From Bryobacterales bacterium (GTDB lineage: Bacteria > Acidobacteriota > Terriglobia > Bryobacterales > UBA6623): 64,000 nt of DNA. The translations under genes were made by a program, and so were the position numbers. The stretch covers positions 21,752-85,751 of the forward strand of contig JAPPMG010000066.1 of the NCBI GenBank assembly GCA_028819215.1, written 5' to 3'. The notes beneath the pieces are model-generated. The model saw nothing but the letters and a program-made list of their open reading frames with translations. It was not told the DNA's origin and did not search any database. This document shows, piece after piece, positions 10,058 through 19,650 of this stretch (positions within the stretch are counted from its first letter, which is position 1; every line of letters begins with the position of its first letter).

Positions 10058-10606
10058 TCACTGCGGGGAGGGGGGCCGCATGAGCCGGTACTCGCCGGTC
10101 ATCGCGGGGTCCTCGAACTCTAGGAACGTGTCGCCATCGGCCCCGCGGTACCGCCACACCTCGAACGGGTGGCTCGCGGTGAGCACGCCGCCTTCGCGGG
10201 ACGGTCGCCGATACTGGCCGCCCGACGGGTGCGACTCGATCTCGTCCGGCGGCCCGCGCGTGATATAGGTCCGGCCGCGATCGGTCTTCCAGCCGGGAAT
10301 CCGCACGCTGAACCGATCGTTGGCCCAGGCGATGCGGCGGTAATGCTCTTCCTTGTATTCGTTCGCGGTGGAGTCCGGAGTCTGGTCGCGCCGCATCCAG
10401 AACGACTCGATGAAGTCCTCGCGCTGCGCGTCCGTTGTCAACCGCACGAACGCCTCGCGCTCTTCGCTCGTGATGATGTAGGGGACATCCTCGTCGAGCC
10501 AGCGCTCGAAGGGCCCTGGAAGCTCCTCCGCGGTCTGTGCCGCAAGTGGCCCCACCAAGCCGGCGGCAGCCAGCGCCGCAATCCAGATCGCAAATCCGCT
10601 AAGCAT
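10058..10606 (-). CDS. GWxTD domain-containing protein (secreted)
   Basis: Signal peptide, WLDEDVPYII, FW..RD, EHYRRIAWAN..F, GWKTDRGRTYI. Confidence 0.9.
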   Translation of the reverse strand: MLSGFAIWIAALAAAGLVGPLAAQTAEELPGPFERWLDEDVPYIITSEEREAFVRLTTDAQREDFIESFWMRRDQTPDSTANEYKEEHYRRIAWANDRFSVRIPGWKTDRGRTYITRGPPDEIESHPSGGQYRRPSREGGVLTASHPFEVWRYRGADGDTFLEFEDPAMTGEYRLMRPPSPQ

Positions 10607-10874
10607 CGCTCCTCCTTCCTCTCCGGTGCCGTGCGCAATCGAGAGGGCTCCCCGGCCTGCCCGACCGCTTCAGGCTCTTGCGCCTTCGGGCGGCCTCTCC
10701 AAGTCTGACTCTAGGGTCACCGGCGCGGATGGTCAAGTCAGAGATCGGGAGCAACACGCACACCGGTGCAGCGGCCTCGCGCCGCGGCGACGCACGCTTG
10801 GCGGGCCGGGCCGGAAGGCAGGCCAGGCCCGTGTCGATAGAATGAAAATTGCCGCCATCGTGCGGACGAGACCC

Positions 10875-11795
10875 ATGTACGAAGTGATTGTGATCGGCTC
10901 CGGCTGCGCCGGGAGCACCGCTGCCATCTATGCGGCCCGTGCAAGCTTGAAGCCCCTGGTGATCGAGGGCCTGGAAGCGGGCGGCCAGCTGACGCTGACC
11001 ACGGACGTGGAGAACTATCCCGGGTTCCCGGAAGGCATCATGGGACCTGATCTGGTCGATCGCATGAAGCAGCAAGCCCAGCGCTTCGGCGCCACCTACA
11101 GGCACGGCGCCGTAACGCGAGCGGATCTGTCCTCCCGCCCGTTCAAGCTCTGGATCGGCGACGAGCGGCTCGAGGCGCGGACCCTCATCGTCGCTTCCGG
11201 CGCGTCCGCCCGCTGGCTGGGGCTGCCATCGGAACAGGCCCTTGTTGGCCATGGCGTCAGCTCATGCGCGACGTGCGACGGGTTCTTCTTCCGCGGACAG
11301 CCGGTGACCGTCATTGGCGGCGGCGACAGTGCCATGGAAGAGGCGCTGTTCCTGACTAAGTTCGCCACCGAGGTGACCATCGTGCACCGCCGCGAGGAGT
11401 TCCGGGCCTCGAAAATCATGCTGGATCGCGCACGGTCCAACGAGAAGATCAACTGGATCACCAACGCGACGGTCACGGAGGTCGCCGATCCGGCGGCCCA
11501 GGCCGTGACGGGCCTGAGACTGCGCAGCACTGTCAACGGCAAGGAATGGGACCACAAGACCAGCGCGCTGTTCCTTGCCATCGGGCACGTGCCCAACACA
11601 GACATCTTCAAGGGCCAGCTCGACCTTGACGAACAGGGCTACATCGTGTCCCACGGCGGCGCGCGGACGAACATCCCGGGCGTCTTCCACGCCGGTGACG
11701 TCGAGGACAGAGTCTACCGGCAAGCCGTCACGGCGGCCGGCGCGGGCTGCAAAGCCGCCATCGAGGCGGAGCGACTGCTGGAAGCCGAGGGCTAG
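10875..11795 (+). CDS. trxB: Thioredoxin-disulfide reductase
   Basis: GxGxxG, GGQL..TT.VENYPGF, CATCDG active site, GGGDSAMEEA, YRQAVTAAG. Confidence 0.97.
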   Translation: MYEVIVIGSGCAGSTAAIYAARASLKPLVIEGLEAGGQLTLTTDVENYPGFPEGIMGPDLVDRMKQQAQRFGATYRHGAVTRADLSSRPFKLWIGDERLEARTLIVASGASARWLGLPSEQALVGHGVSSCATCDGFFFRGQPVTVIGGGDSAMEEALFLTKFATEVTIVHRREEFRASKIMLDRARSNEKINWITNATVTEVADPAAQAVTGLRLRSTVNGKEWDHKTSALFLAIGHVPNTDIFKGQLDLDEQGYIVSHGGARTNIPGVFHAGDVEDRVYRQAVTAAGAGCKAAIEAERLLEAEG

Positions 11796-11817
11796 CCCGC
11801 GCGCCCAGGCGTCAGGC

Positions 11818-12318
11818 TCAGGCGGACTGCGGGAAGAGGTCCAATTGGCCGGGCAGCGTCTTGGACACCTTGGGTCGGCGGCGGAAGGCGTCCGGCTTGC
11901 CGATGACCCCCATCACGACGCACATCTGCACTGCGGCTTGCGGCACGAACACGCGCCAGGCGAGCCCCCTGGAGTCGGGCGGCGTCAACGTGACGCCCGG
12001 GGCGCCGAGCACGCGCAGGTCGTTGGGGATCACGCCCTCTAACTCCCCGCCGTCCAAGAAACGCAAGCGAATCCAAAGCCCGCCGAGCTTCGGCCGGGAG
12101 ATGAACTCCTTGCGCTGGCCGCGCTCGGGATCCTTGTCGAACTCCCGCACAAAGTACACGGCCCGCACCTGGTCGTACGGGATGACCGCCGGCTCGGCCG
12201 TGCGCGTGATCAGCTCGATCCCGGCGCTGCTCAGATACTGCTGAGGGTCCACCCAGCCCTCGACCCTGTCGAGCCCGAAGCGTCGCACGCAGACCTTCTT
12301 GGCTGTGGAATTCAACAA
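11818..12318 (-). CDS. Conserved hypothetical protein (DUF6982-like, two duplicated beta modules)
   Basis: KKVCVRRF...VRAVYFVREF / GLWIRLRFLDG..LEGVIPND...RVFVP. Start is probably the TTG after GGGG, because the upstream ATG lies inside the -10 box. Confidence 0.6.
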   Translation of the reverse strand: MLNSTAKKVCVRRFGLDRVEGWVDPQQYLSSAGIELITRTAEPAVIPYDQVRAVYFVREFDKDPERGQRKEFISRPKLGGLWIRLRFLDGGELEGVIPNDLRVLGAPGVTLTPPDSRGLAWRVFVPQAAVQMCVVMGVIGKPDAFRRRPKVSKTLPGQLDLFPQSA

Positions 12319-12345
12319 TTGCCCCCGAAATGTTTGGCCATTCGC

Positions 12346-12405
12346 CATGCTAGTACGCACATACAGGGGTGTCAAGCAGGGCTCCCACAAGCAGTCCGGT
12401 ATGAT
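12346..12405. promoter_or_regulatory. Divergent promoters between the DUF6982-like gene and xerD
   Basis: Minus strand TTGACA-N17-TAGCAT. Plus strand TATGAT (12400-12405) lies 6 nt before the xerD GTG. Confidence 0.6.
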
Positions 12406-12411
12406 TGGCCT

Positions 12412-13305
12412 GTGGAGCGGGCAGACTCCTCGCTGCAGGAATACCTAGCCTACGCCAGTATCGAAAAAGGCCTGTCGGCGAACAGCATCGCCGCGTATCG
12501 CCGAGATCTGACCCGCCTCGCGGAGTTCCTGGAAGGGCGGGGCGCGCCCGTATCGGGGGCCAGCAACGCCGACCTGAGAGGCTTTGTCGACGGGCTCTAC
12601 GAGGCGGGCTTGAGCGCCCGGTCGGTCGCTCGGTATCTCAGCAGCATCCGCAGCCTGTATCGCTATCTGGTAGATCAAGGCCAGATCGTCGAGGATCCCT
12701 CGGCCAACCTCGCTTCTCCGGGCCAGTGGAAGACGCTACCGAAGTTCCTCACCTATGACGAGGTTGACCAGCTGCTCGCCGCGCCGCCGCCCGAGACGCC
12801 CCTGGGCAGCCGCGATCTCGCGATGCTGCAACTGCTGTACGCAACCGGACTGCGGGTCTCGGAGCTGATCGCGGTGCGGCTCTCCGACCTCGACTCCAAG
12901 ACGGGGATCGTGCGCACGGTTGGCAAGGGCAACAAGACGCGCCTGGTGCCAGTCGGCCGGACGGCCCTTGACGCGATCGAGAGCTACGTCGAGCAACATC
13001 GGCGGGCGATCCTCAAGAACGCTTCTTCGGAGTTCCTGTTCGTCACCTCACTCGGCAAATCGATGTCCAGGCAGGCGTTTTGGAAGCTGCTGCGCAAGTA
13101 CGGCCTTGTCGCCGGCATCGACAAGCGGATCACGCCCCACGTGCTGCGGCACAGCTTCGCGACGCACCTGTTGGAGCGCGGCGCCGACCTGCGCAGCCTC
13201 CAGCTGATGCTGGGGCACGCGGACATCTCCACGACCCAGATCTACACCCACGTGCTGCGGTCCCGGATGCGCAAGATCTACGACAGCTACCACCCGCGCG
13301 GCTAG
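12412..13305 (+). CDS. xerD: Site-specific tyrosine recombinase XerD
   Basis: EKGLSANSIAAYRRDL, LYATGLRVSEL, GKGNKTR, TPHVLRHSFATHLLERGADLR, LGHADISTTQIYTHV, YHPRG. Confidence 0.93.
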   Translation: MERADSSLQEYLAYASIEKGLSANSIAAYRRDLTRLAEFLEGRGAPVSGASNADLRGFVDGLYEAGLSARSVARYLSSIRSLYRYLVDQGQIVEDPSANLASPGQWKTLPKFLTYDEVDQLLAAPPPETPLGSRDLAMLQLLYATGLRVSELIAVRLSDLDSKTGIVRTVGKGNKTRLVPVGRTALDAIESYVEQHRRAILKNASSEFLFVTSLGKSMSRQAFWKLLRKYGLVAGIDKRITPHVLRHSFATHLLERGADLRSLQLMLGHADISTTQIYTHVLRSRMRKIYDSYHPRG

Positions 13306-13362
13306 CCGGGCCGGATCTGAGCCGGGCAGTGTCCCGAGACGGCTCTCTGCTACGCTGCCAGC

Positions 13363-14580
13363 ATGAATCTGGACGAGATGCTGTCGCGGGACGCGCGCGG
13401 GATGCGTTCGTCGCTGATCCGGCAGCTCACCGGCTTGGTCAACCAGCCGCACGTGATCTCGTTCGCCGCCGGCTCGCCCAACGCGCAGACTTTCCCGCAC
13501 GAGAAGTTGCGCCAAATCCTGCACGATCTGGTCGAGCGCGAGCGGGGCCATGTATTCCAGTACTCCGTGACCCGCGGCAACGCGCAGCTAATCGATGCGG
13601 TCTGCGAGCGCGACCGCTCGCTCAAGTGCATCGAGTCCACCCCCGCCGAGACCCTGCTCGCCAGCGGCTCCCAGCAGGGGCTGGATTTCATCGCCAGAGT
13701 GCTGCTCGACCCGGGCGACGCGGTCTTCGTGGAGACGCCGAGCTTTATCGGCGCCATGTCGTCCTTCGAGAACTTTCGCGCCAAGCTGTTCGCAGTCGAT
13801 TGCGACGAGGACGGCATGGACATGGGCCACCTCGCTCGGCGCATCGCCGAGGCGCGCTCCCAAGGCCGCCAGTGCAAGCTCATCTATGTCGTCCCGAACT
13901 TTCAAAACCCTGCCGGAACGGTGTGGTCGCAAGCGCGGCGGCAAGCACTGTGCGAGCTCTCGCGCCACGAACGGGTAGTGGTGGTGGAAGACGACGCATA
14001 CGGCGAACTCTACTTCGACGGGATCGATCCCGAGGCCCTGGCACCAATCAAGTCTTGTCCCGATAGCACCCACGTGATCTACGTCTCGACGTTCTCCAAG
14101 ATCCTCGCGCCCGGACTGCGCGTGGCGTGGATGCACGGCCCGGCCGAGATCATCCAGCGGATCGAGTACTGCAAGGAAACCGGTGACCTGTGCACGCCGA
14201 CGCTGAGCCAAAGGCTGGTGCTGGAATTCCTCGAGCGAGGCTGGATGCCGGCGCAGGCAGGCCTGGCCCGAAACTTCTACGCCGCCAAGTCCAAGACGAT
14301 GCAGACCGCCCTGCGAGGGCACTTTTCCGGCCTGGCGCGCTGGCGCGCTGCGCGCGGCGGCTTGTTTCAGTGGCTGGACCTGCCGGAGGGCGTCGACGCT
14401 CTGGACCTGCTCCACGACAGCCTCGAACAGGACCAAGTCGCCTTCATTCCCGGAGGGCCGTTCTTCGCCGAAGCAGGACGGTCCAATGCGGTGCGACTTT
14501 CTTTTTCGAACGTAAGGGACCAAAATATTGATATCGGCCTGTCCCGCCTGAGTCGGCGGATCCGGCAAGCGCTCGCCTGA
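13363..14580 (+). CDS. PLP-dependent class I/II aminotransferase (2-aminoadipate transaminase-like)
   Basis: ISFAAGSP, PNFQNPAG, EDDAYGEL, STFSKILAPGLRVAW (PLP lysine). Confidence 0.9.
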   Translation: MNLDEMLSRDARGMRSSLIRQLTGLVNQPHVISFAAGSPNAQTFPHEKLRQILHDLVERERGHVFQYSVTRGNAQLIDAVCERDRSLKCIESTPAETLLASGSQQGLDFIARVLLDPGDAVFVETPSFIGAMSSFENFRAKLFAVDCDEDGMDMGHLARRIAEARSQGRQCKLIYVVPNFQNPAGTVWSQARRQALCELSRHERVVVVEDDAYGELYFDGIDPEALAPIKSCPDSTHVIYVSTFSKILAPGLRVAWMHGPAEIIQRIEYCKETGDLCTPTLSQRLVLEFLERGWMPAQAGLARNFYAAKSKTMQTALRGHFSGLARWRAARGGLFQWLDLPEGVDALDLLHDSLEQDQVAFIPGGPFFAEAGRSNAVRLSFSNVRDQNIDIGLSRLSRRIRQALA

Positions 14581-14640
14581 AGTCGCGGCGTGCGGGTCTC
14601 GGACGCGAGGCACGCGTCCGGCCGGTCGCGAGCCTGAGCT

Positions 14641-17565
14641 ATGCCCGCATACCCGAGCGACCTCGCTGCACAAATCAGCCGCCAGATCGAGGGCGAGGTG
14701 CGCTTCGACCGCTACTCGCGAGTGCTGTACTCCACCGACGCCTCGGTCTGGCAGATCGAGCCGATCGGAGCGGTCATCCCCAAGCACCACGGAGACGTCA
14801 GGTCCCTGGTCCAGCTCTGCTCGAAGCATCGAGTGCCCGTCCTGCCACGCGGCGGCGCCACGAGCCTTTCCGGCCAGACCGTGGGCGAGGCCGTCCATGT
14901 CGATTTCGCCAAGTACATGAACGGCATTCTCGAGACCAACCTCGAGGAGGGCTGGGTGCGCATCCAGCCGGGCGTCGTCCAAGACCAGCTGGGCAGGCAC
15001 CTGAGGCCGCTGGGCTATCAATTCGGCCCCAACACGTCTTCCGCGAGCCGCGGCACCATCGGCGGCATGATCGGCAACAACTCGGCCGGTTCGCACTCGA
15101 TCCTGTACGGCAAGACGATCGATCACGTGCTGGAACTCCGCTGCGTCTTCGCCGACGGCTCCGAAGCGTGGCTGAAACCAGTCGCGAACCGCGATTTGGA
15201 AGCACTCGGCAGGGGCGACGATTTCGTGGCCTCCTTGTATCGCCAGCTGCCCCAGATCGGAGCGCAGTACCGCGACGAGGTCTTGACCAGGTTTCCGCAG
15301 ATCCTGCGGCGCGTCAGCGGCTACAACCTAGACGAACTCGTGCGCGACGGCGACGCCTTCGGCGCGGGCTATTCCAGCCGTCCCGGCCCGCTCAACCTCA
15401 GCCGGGTCGTTGTCGGCTGCGAGGGAACCCTGGCGGTCGTCACCGAGGCAAAGCTGCGCATCGTCCGCTCGCCCGCTAACAAAGGCATCCTCGTGGTGCA
15501 TTTCGACTCCGTCTTCGCCGCGGTCGACGCCGCCGAGATGATCGTTTCGACCAACCCGTCCGCAGCGGAGCTGATCGACGAATTCATCCTCAACAACGCC
15601 CGCGCCAACCCGTCGTTCGCGGGCAAGCTGGACTGGGTCGACCACGGCGCCCAAGCGCTGATGGTCGTGGAGTACCAAGGCCAGACCGCGGGCGAAGTCG
15701 ACGCCAAGCTCAGCGCACTGCGCCATCTGCTGGAGCGGAACGGCACCGGATTCGGCTACCTGCCGATCAGCGATCCGGCCAAGCAAGCACAGGTCTGGGG
15801 AGTGCGCAAGGAAGCCCTCGGCATCCTGATGTCGGTGAAAGGCGACCACAAGCCGATCGCATTCGTGGAGGATCCGGCAGTGCCCATCCAGCAGATGGGC
15901 AGCTTCCTCAGGGACTTTCGCAACATTCTCGAGAAATACGAGGCCCACGGCGGCTACTACGGACACGCCTCGGTGGGCTGCCTGCACGTCCGTCCGATGG
16001 TCAATCTCAAGGATCCGGCGGAAGTGCGCAAGATGGCGGCGATCGCCGACGAGGTCTTCGGCATCGTGATGAATTACGGCGGCTCGATGTCCGGCGAACA
16101 CGGGGACGGCATCGCCCGCAGCAAATACAACCAGTGGCTCTTCGGCGACAAGATCTACCAAGGCTTCCTGGACTTGAAACGGGCCATGGACCCGCACAAC
16201 ATACTCAACCCGGGCAAGGTGGTCAACGCTCCCGAACTCACCGATGACCTGCGCTGGGGCGCGGACTACAAGATGCGCCAAGTGAAGACGACGCTGGACT
16301 TTTCCGGCGACGGAGGGTTTGACCGGGCGATCGAGCTGTGCAACGGCGCGGGCGTCTGCCGCAAGCGCATGACGGGTACGATGTGCCCCTCGTACCACGC
16401 CACGATGGACGAGGAGCACTCCACGCGGGGCCGCGCCAACGCCTTGCGCGCCGCCCTGTCCGGGGCGCTTCCGCCCGAGGAGTTCACGTCGCGCCGAATG
16501 CACGACGTGCTGGACCTGTGCCTCGCCTGCAAGGCGTGCAAGACCGAGTGCCCCTCCAACGTGGACATGGCCAAGATCAAGTACGAATGGCTGTCCCACT
16601 ACTACGACGAGCACGGCGTGCCGCTGAAGGCCAAGGCCTTCGGGCACATCGAGCGAATCTACCGCCTAGCCGGCAAGGTGCCGCGCCTGTTCAATTTCGT
16701 CGGTTCGCTCCCGCCTGTGCGATGGCTGAACGAGGCCCTCCTGCACGTCGACCGCAGGCGGAAGCCGCCCAGCATGGCGGTGCAATCTTTCCGCGATTGG
16801 TTCGCGCGCCGTCCCGCCGGAGACCCCACGGCCGGCCGCGGACAGGTGATTCTGCTGGACGACTGCTTCATGAACTTCAACTACCCGGAGGTCGGCAAGG
16901 CGGCGGTCGCCCTGCTCGAGGCTGCCGGCTATGAAGTCCTGCTGGCCGACCACCGCTGCTGCGGCCGCCCGATGCTCTCGCACGGTCTGCTGGAAGACAC
17001 CCGCGAGGCGGCCGTCCACAACGTGCGCGAACTCGACGCGCTGGCCAGCGGCGACGCGCAGATTGTCGGCTGCGAACCCAGTTGCCTGCTCACGCTGCGA
17101 GAAGAATACCCGGAACTCGTGCCGGACAGCGCGGCTAGACGCGTCGCTTCCAAGGCCCTGATGCTGGAAGAATTCTTGCTGCAACTGGCCGACCGGAACG
17201 AACTCGACATCGGCTGGCAGCCACTCGAGCGCAACGTTCTGTACCACGGGCATTGCCATCAAAAGGCCCAAAGCGGCACGCGGGCGACCCTGCAAACCCT
17301 AGAGCTCGTGCCCGGGCAGCGAGTGGAGGAGATCAATTCCGGCTGCTGCGGAATGGCCGGATCCTTCGGCTTCGAGAAGGGCCACTACGAGATCTCCCAA
17401 AAGATCGGGGCGGAGCGGCTCTTCCCGGCAGTGAATTCTGCCGCCGCCGATACGGAGATCGCTGTCAGCGGGGTGTCCTGCCGCCAGCAGATCGACCACT
17501 TCACGAATCGAACGGCCCGGCACGTGGCCGAAATCCTCTGCGACAGCCTCAAGGACTCGCGATGA
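14641..17565 (+). CDS. FAD-linked, Fe-S-containing 2-hydroxyacid oxidoreductase (YdiJ/GlcD-GlcF fusion type)
   Basis: PRGGATSLSGQ, GHASVGCLHVRP, SGEHGDG, CNGAGVC, CLACKACKTEC, and two CCG domains. Confidence 0.92.
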   Translation: MPAYPSDLAAQISRQIEGEVRFDRYSRVLYSTDASVWQIEPIGAVIPKHHGDVRSLVQLCSKHRVPVLPRGGATSLSGQTVGEAVHVDFAKYMNGILETNLEEGWVRIQPGVVQDQLGRHLRPLGYQFGPNTSSASRGTIGGMIGNNSAGSHSILYGKTIDHVLELRCVFADGSEAWLKPVANRDLEALGRGDDFVASLYRQLPQIGAQYRDEVLTRFPQILRRVSGYNLDELVRDGDAFGAGYSSRPGPLNLSRVVVGCEGTLAVVTEAKLRIVRSPANKGILVVHFDSVFAAVDAAEMIVSTNPSAAELIDEFILNNARANPSFAGKLDWVDHGAQALMVVEYQGQTAGEVDAKLSALRHLLERNGTGFGYLPISDPAKQAQVWGVRKEALGILMSVKGDHKPIAFVEDPAVPIQQMGSFLRDFRNILEKYEAHGGYYGHASVGCLHVRPMVNLKDPAEVRKMAAIADEVFGIVMNYGGSMSGEHGDGIARSKYNQWLFGDKIYQGFLDLKRAMDPHNILNPGKVVNAPELTDDLRWGADYKMRQVKTTLDFSGDGGFDRAIELCNGAGVCRKRMTGTMCPSYHATMDEEHSTRGRANALRAALSGALPPEEFTSRRMHDVLDLCLACKACKTECPSNVDMAKIKYEWLSHYYDEHGVPLKAKAFGHIERIYRLAGKVPRLFNFVGSLPPVRWLNEALLHVDRRRKPPSMAVQSFRDWFARRPAGDPTAGRGQVILLDDCFMNFNYPEVGKAAVALLEAAGYEVLLADHRCCGRPMLSHGLLEDTREAAVHNVRELDALASGDAQIVGCEPSCLLTLREEYPELVPDSAARRVASKALMLEEFLLQLADRNELDIGWQPLERNVLYHGHCHQKAQSGTRATLQTLELVPGQRVEEINSGCCGMAGSFGFEKGHYEISQKIGAERLFPAVNSAAADTEIAVSGVSCRQQIDHFTNRTARHVAEILCDSLKDSR

Positions 17566-18494
17566 GTCCTGCCCCGGCCCGCCTCGCTGCTACGCGCCCC
17601 GTCACATGGAAGGTCGGACTGTTCGCGCTGCTGATCAGTTTCTTCTGGAGCGGCAACATTGTTTCGATCAAGTTCGGGCTAGCCACCATCCCGCCGTTTT
17701 GGAGCGCTTTCTGGCGCATGGCCATCGGGGCGCTGGCGGTCTCGGCGTGGGCTTGGTTGCTGCGCAAGCCGGTCTGGATCGAACGCGAACAGCTGCGCGA
17801 TTTCCTGCTCCTGGGGGCGATGTTCACGGCCCAGATCGCGATCTTCAACCTATCGGTGTTCTACACGTCTCCGGCCTACGCCGTGATCCTGCTCAACACC
17901 AACCCCGTGATGGTCAACCTGATCAGCCACCACTTCGTGAAGGCCGACCGGCTCAGCGCGAGCAGGCTGCTCGGGCTGGCCATCGCCTTCGGGGGCATTT
18001 CGTACGTGATGCTCGGTCAGCCGGACGCGACCTTGGCCCCGAATCCGATGCTCGGCAACCCGCTGATGCTCGTCTCGTCCTTCCTGCTAGCGCTGCGCAT
18101 CGTGTACACGCAGCGCATGGTGCGCCGTGTCGGCGCGTATAGGCCCGTGATCTGGCAGATGGTGCTGTCGCTGCCCGGGTTTCTCGCGCTGGCACTCGCC
18201 TTCGAGGAACCACTGCTCCAGCCGCTGTCGTATGAGCCGGTGCTGGCGATTCTCTACCAAGCCATCGTCGTGGCCGGCTTCTGCTTCGTCTCGTGGACGA
18301 ACCTGCTGAGGCTCTACAGCGCCGGCAATCTCGCGATGTACACCTTCAGCGTGCCCATCTTCGGCATTTTTCTCGCAGCGGCACTGTTCGACGAGCGCAT
18401 TACCGGACGCCTGCTCGTAGGTGCCGTAGCGGTTGCGGCGGGCATTGCGATCGTCACCAAAGCGAGGATGGGAGAGGCTTCGCGTGCCCGCTAA
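17562..18494 (+). CDS. DMT/EamA-family transporter
   Basis: About 10 hydrophobic helices in two repeats. ATG overlaps the upstream stop. Confidence 0.85.
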   Translation: MSPAPARLAATRPVTWKVGLFALLISFFWSGNIVSIKFGLATIPPFWSAFWRMAIGALAVSAWAWLLRKPVWIEREQLRDFLLLGAMFTAQIAIFNLSVFYTSPAYAVILLNTNPVMVNLISHHFVKADRLSASRLLGLAIAFGGISYVMLGQPDATLAPNPMLGNPLMLVSSFLLALRIVYTQRMVRRVGAYRPVIWQMVLSLPGFLALALAFEEPLLQPLSYEPVLAILYQAIVVAGFCFVSWTNLLRLYSAGNLAMYTFSVPIFGIFLAAALFDERITGRLLVGAVAVAAGIAIVTKARMGEASRAR

Positions 18495-19506
18495 GGCTCC
18501 CCAGAAGCCGGGACGGGTCGCGATTGCCACGGCATTGGTGCTGTCGGCGATGTGGGGCCTGAACATCGTCGGCATCAAGGTTGCCCTCGCCACGTTCCCG
18601 CCAGCCTGGAACGCATTCTGGCGCGCACTGCTGGGCTGGCCGGTGCTATGGGTCTGGGCTCGCCAAGGCGGGGTCCGTCTCAAGCCGCTGCCGGGCGAGA
18701 CCCGCCCGCTGGTCCAGCTCGGGGTGTTCTTCGCGATCCAGATCATCATGCTGAACCTCAGCCTGGACTGGACATCGGCCGGGTTCGCATCCGTCCTGCT
18801 CAATGCCGCGCCGGTCTTCATCAACACGTTCGCTCACTTCTACGTGCCCGGAGACCACCTTTCTGGTCAGCGACTGGCAGGCCTGGCCATGGCCTTCGGA
18901 GGCGTGGCCATACTGTTCCTAGGGCAGCCGGACCCCTCCCTGGCTCCGCGCCCGGTCCTGGGCAACGTCCTGGCCTTCGTCACCGCCGCGGTCATCGGAG
19001 GTCGCATGGTCTACACGCAACGGTTGGTGCAGCACATGGATTCTATGCGGGTGATCTTCTGGCAGGTCGGATTTTCCCTCCCGGTCTTCCTGCTCTTTGC
19101 GGCCATCTTCGAACCGCTGATGGTCGGCCCCTTGACGCTGTGGCCGTTCGTGTCTTGGATGTACTGCTCGTTAGGCGTGGTGGGCATCGCATTCGTACTG
19201 TGGATCCGCCTCCTAGAGAAGAACTCGCCCGCGCTGCTGTCCGTGTTCGTGTTCCCCACTCCGATCTTCGGAGTCGCGTTCAGTGCATTGATCTACTCCG
19301 AAGCACTGCCAGTGGAACTGGTCATCGGGGTGCTATGCGTGGCCTTTGGGATCCTGATCGTCATGCTCGAGAAGCGCCGCCAAGCAATAGAACCCTTTCC
19401 CGAGCGGACCGCCGGCACGCCGCGTGCGGAACGGTCAGAGTCGGAGCGCGAACCGCAGTACCGGGGCGAACCCGAGACCGTTGGGGTCTCCCGGGCGGGC
19501 GACTAG
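18484..19506 (+). CDS. DMT/EamA-family transporter (paralog of the upstream gene)
   Basis: About 10 TM helices, with shared motifs ATFPPAWNAFWR and GQPDPSLAPRPVLGN. Confidence 0.85.
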   Translation: MPAKAPQKPGRVAIATALVLSAMWGLNIVGIKVALATFPPAWNAFWRALLGWPVLWVWARQGGVRLKPLPGETRPLVQLGVFFAIQIIMLNLSLDWTSAGFASVLLNAAPVFINTFAHFYVPGDHLSGQRLAGLAMAFGGVAILFLGQPDPSLAPRPVLGNVLAFVTAAVIGGRMVYTQRLVQHMDSMRVIFWQVGFSLPVFLLFAAIFEPLMVGPLTLWPFVSWMYCSLGVVGIAFVLWIRLLEKNSPALLSVFVFPTPIFGVAFSALIYSEALPVELVIGVLCVAFGILIVMLEKRRQAIEPFPERTAGTPRAERSESEREPQYRGEPETVGVSRAGD

Positions 19507-19650
19507 CCCGATCACCGCAGATGCTGAGCATCGCATCCATCTCTTTGAAAACAAATATCTTACTCGACCTCTGGAGGCATTCTGGGCGGCGCGTGGGATA
19601 TAATCGCAGTTTCGCTCGAGGCGGGCCCGCCGCTCTCCGGGGCTCCTGCG

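Noticed and set aside
12412-13305. Tyrosine recombinase as a phage or island integrase
   Set aside because: Motifs and length match housekeeping XerD; no att repeats, tRNA, cargo or dif site seen nearby.
14600-14620. GC-rich intergenic hairpins (also around 22970-23000 and 59070-59115) as a REP/MITE family
   Set aside because: They share no sequence with one another; probably individual terminators or processing stems.
13588-16647. Long antisense ORFs (13588-15126, 15328-16647; similarly 24299-25513, 26153-27652, 52281-53468, 56562-57716)
   Set aside because: Shadow frames opposite well-supported genes, expected in high-GC DNA with biased third positions; no motifs.
19548-19563. IHF-like AT-rich motif upstream of fabZ (and ATTCAAGTAGTTG near 35136)
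   Set aside because: Only a partial consensus match; too weak to call.
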